NCBI GenBank assembly: GCA_963667465.2
Contig: CAXXDN010000002.1
Coordinates: forward strand, 224,001-288,000
Length of the DNA: 64,000 nt
Source of the DNA: Dehalococcoidia bacterium
GTDB lineage: Bacteria > Chloroflexota > Dehalococcoidia > UBA2979
Direction: 5' to 3'
Numbering within the stretch: the first letter of the stretch is position 1; each line of letters starts with the position of its first letter. Positions 37,200 through 46,522 of the stretch are shown piece by piece. A program made the translations under genes and the position numbers. The notes under the pieces were generated by a model. The model made no database searches, was not told the origin of the DNA, and worked only from the letters and a program-made list of their open reading frames with translations.

Positions 37200-37673
37200 A
37201 TGAGCGAGGATCGGGTGCTGCTCACGCGCGCAGGCCTCAAGCGGCTCGAGGACGAGCTGCACGAGCTTCGTACCAGCCGCCGCGTCGAGGTCGCCGAGGC
37301 GATCCACGAGGCACAGGAGCTCGGTATTGCCCAGATCGATGGGCAGTACGAGGACGCCAAGAACCAGCAAGCGTTCCTCGAAGGCCGCATCCGCGAGATC
37401 GAGCTGCTGCTCGAGGGCGCCGAGGTGATCGACGAGGATGCCGCGCACCACTCGATGGACGTGCGCATCGGCTCGAACGTCACCGTGGAGCTCAAGGGCG
37501 GCGCGCAACAGACCTTCCAGCTTGTCGGGCCCGCCGAGGCGAACCCCGGCGAGGGCCGCATCAGTCACGAGTCGCCCGTCGGGCAGGCGTTGCTCGGCAG
37601 GAAGCAGAATGACAGAGTGAAGGTCAGCGCCCCCGGCGGGAACACGACGATGACCATCGTCGAGGTGTCCTGA
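37200..37673 (+). CDS. GreA-family transcription factor with degenerate catalytic tip
   Basis: LTRAGLKRLEDEL, YEDAKNQQAFLEGRIRE and ISHESPVGQALLG; GGAGGTG SD; directly upstream of lysS. Confidence 0.88.
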   Translation: MSEDRVLLTRAGLKRLEDELHELRTSRRVEVAEAIHEAQELGIAQIDGQYEDAKNQQAFLEGRIREIELLLEGAEVIDEDAAHHSMDVRIGSNVTVELKGGAQQTFQLVGPAEANPGEGRISHESPVGQALLGRKQNDRVKVSAPGGNTTMTIVEVS

Positions 37674-37738
37674 CCGGCGCGCGGGCGTTGTCGCGACGGC
37701 AGAAGGCCTGCCGCCGCCGCTGCGCGGGCAGGTGACCG

Positions 37739-39217
37739 ATGCCGTCTGAACAGGAACTGATCGAGCTGCGCCGGCAGAAGCGCGAGCAACTGCTCGCGCT
37801 CGGCGACGCCTACCCCGCGCGCACATCCCGCACCCATGAGGCAGCGAAGGCCGTCGCGCTCTTCGAACGCAGCGAGCGCGAGGGCCTCGAGGAGAGCCGC
37901 CGCGCGGTCACCGTCGCCGGTCGCATCACCGCGATCCGCGACATGGGCCGCGCCGCCTTCGTCGACCTGCGTGACGGCTCCGGCGGCATCCAGCTGCACC
38001 TGCGGCGCAACGTCCTCGGCGATCAGTTCGGACTGCTGGCGCTGGTCGACCTTGGCGACTTCGTCGAGGCGAGCGGGCGGCTGTTCCGCACGCGCCACGG
38101 CGAGGTCACGGTCGCGGCGACGCGCTGGCGGGTGCTCACGAAGGCGCTGCGGCCGCCACCCGAGAAGTGGGCCGGCCTCGTCGACGTGGAGACGCGCTAC
38201 CGCCAGCGCCACCTCGATCTGATGGCGAACGAGCGCTCGCGCGAGATCGCGCGTGCGCGCTCGGAGGTGCTCGCCGCGGTGCGCCGCTTCTTCCAGCGGC
38301 GCGGCTTCATGGAGGTGGAGACGCCGGTACTGCAGGAGGAGGCGGGCGGCGCGGCGGCGCGGCCCTTCTACACGCATCATGGAGCCCTCGATCGCGACCT
38401 CGCGCTGCGCATCTCGCTCGAGTTGCACCTGAAGCGGCTGGTGATCGGCGGCTTCGACAAGGTCTTCGAGATCGGCCGCGTCTTCCGCAACGAGGGCATC
38501 TCCCACCGCCACAACCCCGAGTTCACGCTGCTCGAGTCCTACGAGGCCTACGCTGACTACGAGGACGTGGCGAACATGGTGGAGGCGCTGTTCCGCTCCG
38601 TGGTGAGCGAGGTCACCGGCGGCCTCGAGGTGCGGCACGGCGAGGCGACGATCGATCTCGGCGAGCCGTGGCGGCGCACGACCTACCGCGAGGCGCTGCT
38701 CGAGCACACCGGCATCGACTATCGCGCGCACCCGGAGGCTGAGCAGATCCGCAGGCTCGCGCTCGACCGCGGGGTCGATGTGGACCCGGACGCCTCGTGG
38801 GGGACGGCGCTCGACGCGCTGATGGCCGCGTTCGTGGAGCCGCACCTGGTGCACCCGACGTTCGTCTTCGACTACCCGGCAGAGCTCTCGCCACTCGCCA
38901 AGCGCAAGCGCGACGATCCCACCGTGGCCGAGCGCTTCGAGCTGTTCGCGCTCGGCATCGAGCGCGCCAACGCCTACTCCGAGCAGAACGACCCGGTGGA
39001 GCAGCGCGAGCTGCTGCGCGAGCAGGCGCGCAAGGCCGCCGGCGGCGACGACGAGGCGGAAGTCGCCGACGAGGACTTCGTGCGCGCGCTGGAGCAGGGC
39101 ATGCCGCCTGCCGGGGGCCTCGGCGTCGGCATCGAGCGGCTGGTCATGCTCGTCACGGGCGAGCACTCGATCCGCGAGGTCGTGCTCTTCCCCGCGCTGC
39201 GCGAGTCGGGCGGCTAG
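37739..39217 (+). CDS. lysS: Lysine--tRNA ligase (class II)
   Basis: ETRYRQRHLDL, FMEVETP, GGAAARPF, LRISLELHLKRL, FRNEG, HNPEFT and GMPPAGGLGVGIERL. Confidence 0.97.
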   Translation: MPSEQELIELRRQKREQLLALGDAYPARTSRTHEAAKAVALFERSEREGLEESRRAVTVAGRITAIRDMGRAAFVDLRDGSGGIQLHLRRNVLGDQFGLLALVDLGDFVEASGRLFRTRHGEVTVAATRWRVLTKALRPPPEKWAGLVDVETRYRQRHLDLMANERSREIARARSEVLAAVRRFFQRRGFMEVETPVLQEEAGGAAARPFYTHHGALDRDLALRISLELHLKRLVIGGFDKVFEIGRVFRNEGISHRHNPEFTLLESYEAYADYEDVANMVEALFRSVVSEVTGGLEVRHGEATIDLGEPWRRTTYREALLEHTGIDYRAHPEAEQIRRLALDRGVDVDPDASWGTALDALMAAFVEPHLVHPTFVFDYPAELSPLAKRKRDDPTVAERFELFALGIERANAYSEQNDPVEQRELLREQARKAAGGDDEAEVADEDFVRALEQGMPPAGGLGVGIERLVMLVTGEHSIREVVLFPALRESGG

Positions 39218-39223
39218 CGGCGC

Positions 39224-39706
39224 GTGGGACGCATCCGCGAGGACGTGCACATCCACGCCAGCGCGAGCGAGACGTTCGAACGCCTCGAGGCAACCGCGCG
39301 CTACGCCGAGTGGCTGCCGCGCGCCTTCCACGATGTCGCGGCTCCACCCGGCTCCCCCGCGCGCCTCGAAGGTGTGCTCACGCTGCCGCTGCGATCGGAG
39401 CGCGTCCGCCTCGAAGCCGCCGAACGCGAGCCGGAGCGCTTGCTGCTCTTCCGCTCGGCCGCTGGCGATCGGGGCGCCTTCGACACGCTGAGCTGGGTAC
39501 TCACCGCCGAGGGCGCGGACGACGTGCACCTGCTCGTCGAGGCGATCTACACGCCGGCGGGCGGGTTCGCCGGCTGGCTGTTCGATCTGCTCGTCCAGCG
39601 CCAGCACCGGCGCCAGGCGCTGCGCGACGCCGTGTGGCGGCTCAAGCAGCTGCTCGAGGGCGCCGGGCCTGCCTCGCAGCCCGGCGACGGCGACACACCT
39701 TCGTGA
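39224..39706 (+). CDS. SRPBCC / polyketide cyclase-like protein
   Basis: IREDVHIHAS...FERL...YAEWLP start and C-terminal LRDAVWRLKQLLE helix typical of the fold. Confidence 0.6.
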   Translation: MGRIREDVHIHASASETFERLEATARYAEWLPRAFHDVAAPPGSPARLEGVLTLPLRSERVRLEAAEREPERLLLFRSAAGDRGAFDTLSWVLTAEGADDVHLLVEAIYTPAGGFAGWLFDLLVQRQHRRQALRDAVWRLKQLLEGAGPASQPGDGDTPS

Positions 39707-40377
39707 GCGCGAACCCGGCGCGAGCGCTCGTCTTCGACCTCGACGGCGTCCTCGTCGACTCCGAGCCCGTGCATCTCCGCGCGGCGAAGCGGCTTGTCGC
39801 CCCGCAGCCGCTGAGCGAGGAGGACTACGCCCGCTTCACCGGCCTCGCGATCGAGCCGTTCATGCGGTGGGTGCGCGAGCACTACGGCCTCGAGGACTCC
39901 GTCGAAGCGCTGATCCGGCGCTACGCCGCGCTCGTCACCGCCGAGCTGCGCAGCGGCGAGATCGAGCCGCTCGACGGCGCGCGCGAGCTGATCGCCGCCG
40001 CGCGCGAGGCCGGTTGGGCCGTCGGTCTCGCCTCGCAATCGATCGCCGAATGGGTGCACGCCACGCTCGAGGGCTGCGGCCTGGCGGGCGCGTTCGACGT
40101 GGCGATCAGCGGAGACGACACCGAGCGTGCGAAGCCGGAGCCCGACATCTTTCTGCTTGCGGCGGAGCGCCTTGGCGTCCCTCCTCCCGCCTGCGTGGCC
40201 ATCGAGGACTCACCCGCGGGCGTCCTGTCGGCCTCGTCGGCGGGCATGTTCGTCGTCCAGTCTCGGCAGGCCTCGACGGCCGCGCCGCCGCAGCGGGACG
40301 CGCGGCTCGTCGTCACTTCGCTGCGCGAGCTGGACCTCGCCGCGCTTGGTGCGCGGCTGCCGCTGGCGGGGCTGTAG
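39703..40377 (+). CDS. HAD-family phosphatase (beta-PGM/CbbY-like)
   Basis: FDLDGVLVDSE, KPEPDIF and IEDSPAGV; GTG overlaps the upstream stop. Confidence 0.92.
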   Translation: MSANPARALVFDLDGVLVDSEPVHLRAAKRLVAPQPLSEEDYARFTGLAIEPFMRWVREHYGLEDSVEALIRRYAALVTAELRSGEIEPLDGARELIAAAREAGWAVGLASQSIAEWVHATLEGCGLAGAFDVAISGDDTERAKPEPDIFLLAAERLGVPPPACVAIEDSPAGVLSASSAGMFVVQSRQASTAAPPQRDARLVVTSLRELDLAALGARLPLAGL

Positions 40378-40507
40378 CGCTCCGCCCCGGCTCGATCCGC
40401 CTATCGATCATGGGCTTACACAATCCAGCATGTCGGTGGTACCATGACCGGGTGCGGGGCGCCGAGGTCAGGCCTCGGCAGGGGTCAAGACGATCACGCC
40501 GGCGCAC

Positions 40508-41647
40508 GTGGAACAACACCGATCACTCTCGCTCCTCTTCCTCGCCCTCGCGGCGGGGTTGGCCGGCGGCCTCGCGGGCGGCCTGGTCGTCGTCGTTGCG
40601 CCCGGCGGGCGCGAGGCGACCGAGCAGGTGGCGGCGCCCACGCCCGTCGCCACCGCCGCGACCCCCGAGGCGGCCGCCGTAGCGATCGGCAGCGCCGAAC
40701 AACTCCAGCAAGCGATCGAGCGTGTCCTGCCTGCCATCGTTACGGTGATTGCCGACGGGGTGCCGCGACGCAACGAGCAGGGCGCCGTCACCCAGACCCG
40801 CAACGTCGGCTCCGGCATCGTGATCGACGATAGCGGCCACATCGTCACCAACTTCCACGTCATCGACGGTGCAGCCGAGATCAACGTGCTGCTCGCCACC
40901 GGCGAGCGGCGATCCGCCCGCGTCCGCTCGCACGACTCGCCGTACAGCGACCTCGCCGTGCTTCAGATCCCGCCCGAGGGCCTGCGCAGCGCCGCCTGGG
41001 GCGACTCCTCGCGGCTCGTCCCGGGTGAACCCGTGGCGGCGCTCTCCGCCGCCGGTTTCGCGATCGGGAACTCCGTCAGCGTTGGCGTCGTTTCAGCGAC
41101 GGAGCGCGAATGGCCGCGCAACGCCGTGATCCTCGATGACCTCGTGCAGACTGATGCAGCCGTGAACTCGGGCGACTCCGGTGGTGCGCTGATCAATGCC
41201 AGGGGCGAGGTGGTCGGGTTGCTCACCACGGTGGTGCGCGCCACCAGCACGGGGAGCCCGATCCAGGGCATCTCGTTCGCGCAGTCCTCGAATAGCCTGC
41301 GCCCGATCGTGAACGACATCGTGCTGTTCGGTTCGTACGTGCGGCCGCGGCTCGGCATCGAGCGGCCGTTCCGCCACCACGTCGAGCTGACGCCGGAGCT
41401 CTCCGCTTCCCAGGGCATCCCGCTGTCATTCGGCGCGATCGTCATCGAGGTCGAGGCGCGGAGCGCGGCGGAGCAGGCCGGTGTACGCGTTGGGGACATC
41501 GTGACCGCCGTCAACGGCCTGCCGATCGACCTCGAGAACCCCTTCGTGAATCTGCTGAAGCCACTGCGGCCCGGTGAGGTAGCCGATCTCACCGTGGTGC
41601 GCGGCGGCCAGCAGCTTTCGATCGCCGTGCTGCCCAGACTGGAGTGA
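40508..41647 (+). CDS. HtrA/DegP-family serine protease with PDZ domain
   Basis: N-terminal TM; GSGIV, TNFHV, DLAVL and QTDAAVNSGDSGGAL; PDZ motif AEQAGVRVGDIV. Confidence 0.93.
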   Translation: MEQHRSLSLLFLALAAGLAGGLAGGLVVVVAPGGREATEQVAAPTPVATAATPEAAAVAIGSAEQLQQAIERVLPAIVTVIADGVPRRNEQGAVTQTRNVGSGIVIDDSGHIVTNFHVIDGAAEINVLLATGERRSARVRSHDSPYSDLAVLQIPPEGLRSAAWGDSSRLVPGEPVAALSAAGFAIGNSVSVGVVSATEREWPRNAVILDDLVQTDAAVNSGDSGGALINARGEVVGLLTTVVRATSTGSPIQGISFAQSSNSLRPIVNDIVLFGSYVRPRLGIERPFRHHVELTPELSASQGIPLSFGAIVIEVEARSAAEQAGVRVGDIVTAVNGLPIDLENPFVNLLKPLRPGEVADLTVVRGGQQLSIAVLPRLE

Positions 41648-41650
41648 TCC

Positions 41651-43705
41651 ATGGACAAGTCTGACCCCCCGATCCGGCACGACCCTGAATCCTTCGCGCC
41701 CCTCGACGAGGGCGACTTCGATTCACCCTTCGAGGAGTACGACGAGGAGTACGACGAGGACTTCGGCGACGACTACGAGGGCGGGGACCGCGGCGGACTG
41801 GTCCGCATCATCGCCGTCGTCGGCGTCCTCGTGGCGCTGATCGCCGTCCTCGTCTGGTCCCCGTTCTCGATCATCGATCGCGGCGGCGATGAGCCGGGCG
41901 ACGTCGGCGCCGCCGCGCGCGGCGAGTTGCCCGACGTGGCGGACGGCCTGAGCGCGCGCAGCAAGCTCTACGACCTCGCGGGCGACGGCGCGATCAGCGG
42001 CCCCGCCGAGCTGACCGTGCTGCTCAGCGAGCCGGTCGGTGCGGGCGAACAACTCGGGTTCTACACCTACGTGGGCGGTGAGTGGCGCTACCTCGCGGCC
42101 GTGAGCGTGGTCGAAGACGGCGGCGCGGCGCAGGGCGAGGTCCCGGTCGTACCGAGGAACATTGCCGTCCTCGCGCATACCGAGATCGAGCGCACGATCG
42201 CGCTGATCGTCGAGGCCGGCGCGGCTCCCGACCTCGGCGCGTTGCCCGCTCCGGCGATCGTCGCCGTCCTGGCTGCCGAACCGGGCGAGGACGTGGCCGG
42301 AGAACCGGCGCTCGACGTCCAGGGCGGTGCACTCGACGCTGCGCTTGCGGAATCCGGCGAGGCGCGCGTCTACCTCGGCGTGACGGTGGGCAGCAGCGTC
42401 ATCGCGGAGACCGTGGACCGCCTGCTGGCGACGCCCGAACTCACCACGGTGCACGTCGACGAGCTGCTGATTGCGGCGCAGGACCACGGTGCGGACGGGC
42501 TGCTGATCGACTACGGCGCGCTCGATCCCGCCTTGCGAGCGCCGTTCAGTGATTTCATCGCCGCTCTCGCCGAAGGCGCAGAGGTGCGCGGCCTGGGCCT
42601 GGTGGTCGCGGTCCCGGCACCGGATGGCGCCAACTTCGGCGCATACGACTGGTCCGCGCTGGCCGCCAGCAGCGACGGCCTCTGGCTGCGCGCTCCCCGG
42701 GACGCCTCGGTCTACTACGAGGTGCTGGAGGAGGCGCTTGCCTCGCAACGGGACGACGGCCTCGACCTCTCCCGCGTCTCGCTGATCATCGATCGGCGCT
42801 CGTGGGAGCGCTCGACGGACGGCCTCCGCCCACTCACGCTGCAGGACGGGCTGGCGCTGGCGAGCACGCTCAGCGATGCCGCCGATGGCGCAATTGGGCC
42901 CGGGGACTCCGTCGCCGTCTCCGCCGTCAACATCGACCGCGAGTCGGGCAACAGCGGCCTCTTCTGGGACGACGGCGCGCGAGCCGTGAGCTTCGTCTAC
43001 GCGGGGCGCAGCGGGCCCCGCAGCGTCTGGCTGGAGAACCGCTTCTCCGCGGCCTTCCGCCTGGACCTCGCAGCGCGCTTCGACCTCGGCGGGGTTGTGG
43101 TGGCAGGTGCGGCGCCGAGCGACAAGCTGCCCGACCTCGGAGCGCTCGTCAGCAGCTTCGCCGAGGGCGACTCGGTCGACCTCGAGCTGCCGTACGGGCC
43201 GTACCTCGACCCCGAGTGGAGTGCATCCGACGGAGTCGTCGGGGACGGCGGGAGCGCGGGCGTGGTCGTCTGGCGCGCGCCGGACCGCGAAGGCGCCTAC
43301 GACCTCACCCTGGTCGTTTCGGACGGCACCATCTTCGTCGGCAGGCGGATGGTGATGCACGTCGCCTCGGGGGCGCCGCCGGTCCAGCCGGGCACGAGCA
43401 ACGAGGCGGGCGGTCCGAGCGACGGCGGCGAGAGCACGCCTGCGGCGGCCGCGATCGAGACGCCCTCCCCCGGCACTTCGTCCGGCGCCGACAACTCCGG
43501 CGCCACGCCCGAGGCGACGCCGACGGCCACGCCCGAGCCGACACCGACGGCCACGCCCGAGGCGACGCCGACAGCCACACCCGAGGCGACGCCGACGGCC
43601 ACGCCCGAGCCCACGCCGACGGCCACGCCCGAGCCGACACCGACGGCCACACCCGAGCCGACACCCCCGCCGGAGGGACCGCCGGGCCCGGCCGGCAACA
43701 TCTAG
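41651..43705 (+). CDS. Membrane-anchored protein with degenerate GH18-like domain, Ig/PKD-like domain and Pro/Thr tail
   Basis: Acidic N-terminus and one TM; ADGLLIDYG, GAYDWSAL and SVWLENRFSAAFRLDLAARFDLGGV; VWRAP..GAYDLTLVVSDG. Confidence 0.65.
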   Translation: MDKSDPPIRHDPESFAPLDEGDFDSPFEEYDEEYDEDFGDDYEGGDRGGLVRIIAVVGVLVALIAVLVWSPFSIIDRGGDEPGDVGAAARGELPDVADGLSARSKLYDLAGDGAISGPAELTVLLSEPVGAGEQLGFYTYVGGEWRYLAAVSVVEDGGAAQGEVPVVPRNIAVLAHTEIERTIALIVEAGAAPDLGALPAPAIVAVLAAEPGEDVAGEPALDVQGGALDAALAESGEARVYLGVTVGSSVIAETVDRLLATPELTTVHVDELLIAAQDHGADGLLIDYGALDPALRAPFSDFIAALAEGAEVRGLGLVVAVPAPDGANFGAYDWSALAASSDGLWLRAPRDASVYYEVLEEALASQRDDGLDLSRVSLIIDRRSWERSTDGLRPLTLQDGLALASTLSDAADGAIGPGDSVAVSAVNIDRESGNSGLFWDDGARAVSFVYAGRSGPRSVWLENRFSAAFRLDLAARFDLGGVVVAGAAPSDKLPDLGALVSSFAEGDSVDLELPYGPYLDPEWSASDGVVGDGGSAGVVVWRAPDREGAYDLTLVVSDGTIFVGRRMVMHVASGAPPVQPGTSNEAGGPSDGGESTPAAAAIETPSPGTSSGADNSGATPEATPTATPEPTPTATPEATPTATPEATPTATPEPTPTATPEPTPTATPEPTPPPEGPPGPAGNI
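43502..43669 (+). repeat. 24-bp coding tandem repeat x7 encoding ATPE(A/P)TPT
   Basis: Seven consecutive ATPE[A/P]TP[T/P] units. Confidence 0.9.
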
Positions 43706-43717
43706 CAGGGAGCGCCG

Positions 43718-44302
43718 ATGCCACTGCGAGTGATCGCCGGGAGCGCACGCGGAGTGCGGTTGCAGACCCCGCGTGGCAGCGCCACGCGGCCAACCTCCGC
43801 GCGCCTGCGCGAGTCGCTGTTCGGCATGCTCGAGGCGGCGGACGCCGACCTCAGTGCGGTGCTCGATCTCTACGCCGGCAGCGGCGCGCTCGGCATCGAG
43901 GCGCTCTCGCGCGGGGCCGGTCGCTGCGTCTTCGTCGAGTCCAGCCGCCGCGTCTCCCGCGTGCTGCGCGACAACCTCGATCGCGCCGGCATGAGTGATC
44001 GCGGCAAGGTGGTCAGCGGCCGCGTTGGCCGCTGGCGACCGGATGAGGACGAACGCTTCACGCTCGTGCTCGCCGACCCGCCGTACGACGATGGCGACTC
44101 GTGGCGCGCGATCGAGCGGGCGATCGAGGGCGCGGTCGCGCCCGGCGCGCTGATCGCGGTCGAACATGCGGCGCGCAGCCAGGCGCCGGCCACGCTCGGC
44201 GGCTGCGCAGTCTGGCGCCGCCGGCGCCAGGGCGACGGCGCGATTGCCGCCTATCGCTGCCTGGCCCCGCGGGATGCAGCGACGGAGGAGCGACAACCGT
44301 GA
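43718..44302 (+). CDS. rsmD: 16S rRNA m2G966 methyltransferase
   Basis: LRVIAGSARG, TRPT, RESLF, LDLYAGSGALGIEALSRGA and DPPY. Confidence 0.95.
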   Translation: MPLRVIAGSARGVRLQTPRGSATRPTSARLRESLFGMLEAADADLSAVLDLYAGSGALGIEALSRGAGRCVFVESSRRVSRVLRDNLDRAGMSDRGKVVSGRVGRWRPDEDERFTLVLADPPYDDGDSWRAIERAIEGAVAPGALIAVEHAARSQAPATLGGCAVWRRRRQGDGAIAAYRCLAPRDAATEERQP

Positions 44303-44775
44303 CGACGGCGATGTACCCCGGCCGCTTTGATCCCGTGACCCTCGGCCACGTCGATATCGCGCGCCGTGCGTCCAACCTCTACGAGAACGTCGTCGTCGCC
44401 GTCGCCAACAGCCGCTCCGCGCTGTTCAGCACGGACGAGCGCGTTGCGCTCTTCGGCGAGGCCGTGGCCGATCTGCCGAACGTGCGCGTCATCGCGAACT
44501 ACGGGCTCACTGTCGACTGCGCACGCGCCGAGGGCGCAACGGTCCTGGTCAAGGGCCTGCGCTCGATCAACGACTTCATGGACGAGTTCGATCAGGCGCT
44601 GATGAATCGCAAGATGGCGCCGGACGTGGATTCGGCGTTCCTGATGACCTCCGTCGAGCATCTGGTGCTCAGCGCCTCGCGGGTTCGCGAGCTGGCGGGC
44701 TTTGGCCTCGATGTGAGCGACCTCGTGCCGCCCGGCGTGGCGGCGGCGCTGCAGGAAAAGTTTGGCGAAGAGTAG
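44299..44775 (+). CDS. coaD: Pantetheine-phosphate adenylyltransferase
   Basis: AMYPGRFDPVTLGHVDI, KGLR and SASRVRE; follows rsmD with a GTGA overlap. Confidence 0.95.
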   Translation: MTTAMYPGRFDPVTLGHVDIARRASNLYENVVVAVANSRSALFSTDERVALFGEAVADLPNVRVIANYGLTVDCARAEGATVLVKGLRSINDFMDEFDQALMNRKMAPDVDSAFLMTSVEHLVLSASRVRELAGFGLDVSDLVPPGVAAALQEKFGEE

Positions 44776-44851
44776 CGGGGTGATTGGGTCGTGGCCCGGA
44801 TCCGGCGAGAGCCGGAGCTGCTGCCACAGCGACTGACGGGGAGGCGAACCG

Positions 44852-45703
44852 ATGGATCTGTTGCATCACGTCGACCAGATCGAGGAGCTGGTGGCCAACG
44901 CCCAGCGGATGCCGATCGGCGGGCGCGCGATCGTCGATCGCCAGCGGCTGCTCCACATCGTGGACCAGCTCCGGACGTCCGTCCCCGGCGAGGTCCAGGA
45001 AGCGCAGAAGCTGATCGAGGAGCGCGAGGCGCTGCTGCGCGGCGCCGAGGAAGAGGCGCAGCTGCTGGTGGCGCGCGCCGAAGAGCACGTCACCAAGCTC
45101 ACCGCCCAGCACGAGATCGTCCGCGCCGCGCAGGTGCGCGCCGAGGAGATCGCGCAGGAAGCCGAGCTGCGCGCCGAGGAGCGCCTCGCCGAGGTGAACG
45201 CAGAGATCGAGGGCCGGATCAGCGAGTCGCGCCGCTTCAGCGAGCAGCAGATGGTCGCCGCCGACCGCTATGCCCAGGAGTTGCTTGCCCGGCTCGAGCA
45301 GCAGCTCGAAGCCTTCCGGCGGTCCGTACGCTCCGGCCTCGACCAGCTCGAGGCGCCTCCCGCCGGGTACCGGGCTCCCGCACACGCGGATCGCGCGGAC
45401 CCGGTGCTCGCGGCGCCGGTCACAGCGGATAGCGGCAACGGCAACGGCAACGGGAACGGCAACGGCAACGGGACGGGTCACGAGCGCACGCCACAGCGCT
45501 CACGTTCGGCCCTCGGGACGCTGATGGGACCGGACGCCGAGGCCGCGGCCGCCGGCGACCCGGAGGCGGAGCAGGCCGTGATCGACGACTTTGCGATGCC
45601 GCCCCTCGACGACCAGCCGGGCGCAGCCGGAGCTCCGGCGCCCCCGCCCACCGGCGAGCATGCCGAGGACGGCCCGGAACCGCAGCCTCGCCTGGACTTC
45701 TGA
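44852..45703 (+). CDS. Coiled-coil protein, SepIVA/DivIVA-like
   Basis: DQIEELVANAQRMPIGGRAIVD...LRTSVPGEVQEAQ N-terminus and long heptad region; position after rsmD-coaD. Confidence 0.7.
   Translation: MDLLHHVDQIEELVANAQRMPIGGRAIVDRQRLLHIVDQLRTSVPGEVQEAQKLIEEREALLRGAEEEAQLLVARAEEHVTKLTAQHEIVRAAQVRAEEIAQEAELRAEERLAEVNAEIEGRISESRRFSEQQMVAADRYAQELLARLEQQLEAFRRSVRSGLDQLEAPPAGYRAPAHADRADPVLAAPVTADSGNGNGNGNGNGNGTGHERTPQRSRSALGTLMGPDAEAAAAGDPEAEQAVIDDFAMPPLDDQPGAAGAPAPPPTGEHAEDGPEPQPRLDF
45434..45469 (+). repeat. (GGCAAC)6 coding microsatellite (Gly-Asn x6)
   Basis: GGCAAC x3, GGGAAC, GGCAAC x2. Confidence 0.85.
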
Positions 45704-45725
45704 GCGCGGGAGGGGCCAGGACAGG

Positions 45726-46517
45726 CTAGCCCTCCCAGACCTCCTCGATGAAGTCGAACAGCCGCGCGCGCACGGCGTCGCCCTGCGGCGAGTCGAGCAG
45801 GTTGGTCCCGTGCGCGACCCCGGGGACGACGAGGCGGGCGTCCTCATCAAGCCCGGCGCGCGTTGCGAAGCTGTCGAGGGCGTTCATCGCCGCGAGGTCG
45901 CCCTCCGCCGCGATCAGCGTGAGCGGGCAGGTCACTCCGGCGATCGTGCTCTTCGCATCGAGGCCGCGCATGCGAGACGGCGCCGACAGTACCGCGACGC
46001 CATCGAGGGATTCGTCCACCGCCACGACGATCGCCGCGGTACCGCCCATCGATGCTCCGACAAGCACAATCCCGTCGAATCCGCGTTCGCGCGCGAAGGC
46101 GATCGCCGCGCGCACGTCGTGGTCGATCTCGCCGGGATCCTGTTCGCCTCCGGACGCTCCGTAGCCGCGGAAATCCAGGGTCAGCGCGCTGATGCCGCGC
46201 GACTGGAGCTGCCGCGCGAACGGGTACCACGCCGTCTGATCGGCCGGGAACATGTGCAGCAGGATCACCACCCGCTCCGGGTTCGCCTCGAAAAGCCGCG
46301 CGTCCAGGCTCACGCCATCATCCGTGCGGATCGTCTCCAGCGAGGCGCCCGCGACCGGTTGCGGCTCCGGATCCTGGTCGCCCTGGGTCCGGCAGGCGGC
46401 AAGCAGCGCCGCGCACGCGAGCAGCAGCGCGCTTGCGAGCCGCAGGCCGGGCAGCGGCGGGAATGGCTGCGCCGGAGTGGGCAGCCGCGTGGGAGGCGGC
46501 CGGTGTTGCGTAGCCAT
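45726..46517 (-). CDS. Alpha/beta hydrolase, probable lipoprotein
   Basis: LLAAC lipobox; DFRGYGAS, GASMGG nucleophile elbow and AHGT. Confidence 0.85.
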   Translation of the reverse strand: MATQHRPPPTRLPTPAQPFPPLPGLRLASALLLACAALLAACRTQGDQDPEPQPVAGASLETIRTDDGVSLDARLFEANPERVVILLHMFPADQTAWYPFARQLQSRGISALTLDFRGYGASGGEQDPGEIDHDVRAAIAFARERGFDGIVLVGASMGGTAAIVVAVDESLDGVAVLSAPSRMRGLDAKSTIAGVTCPLTLIAAEGDLAAMNALDSFATRAGLDEDARLVVPGVAHGTNLLDSPQGDAVRARLFDFIEEVWEG

Positions 46518-46522
46518 GGCGT

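Noticed and set aside
43502-43669. Regular repeats as a possible CRISPR array
   Set aside because: Contiguous 24-bp in-frame units without unique spacers, encoding a Pro/Thr linker; no cas genes.
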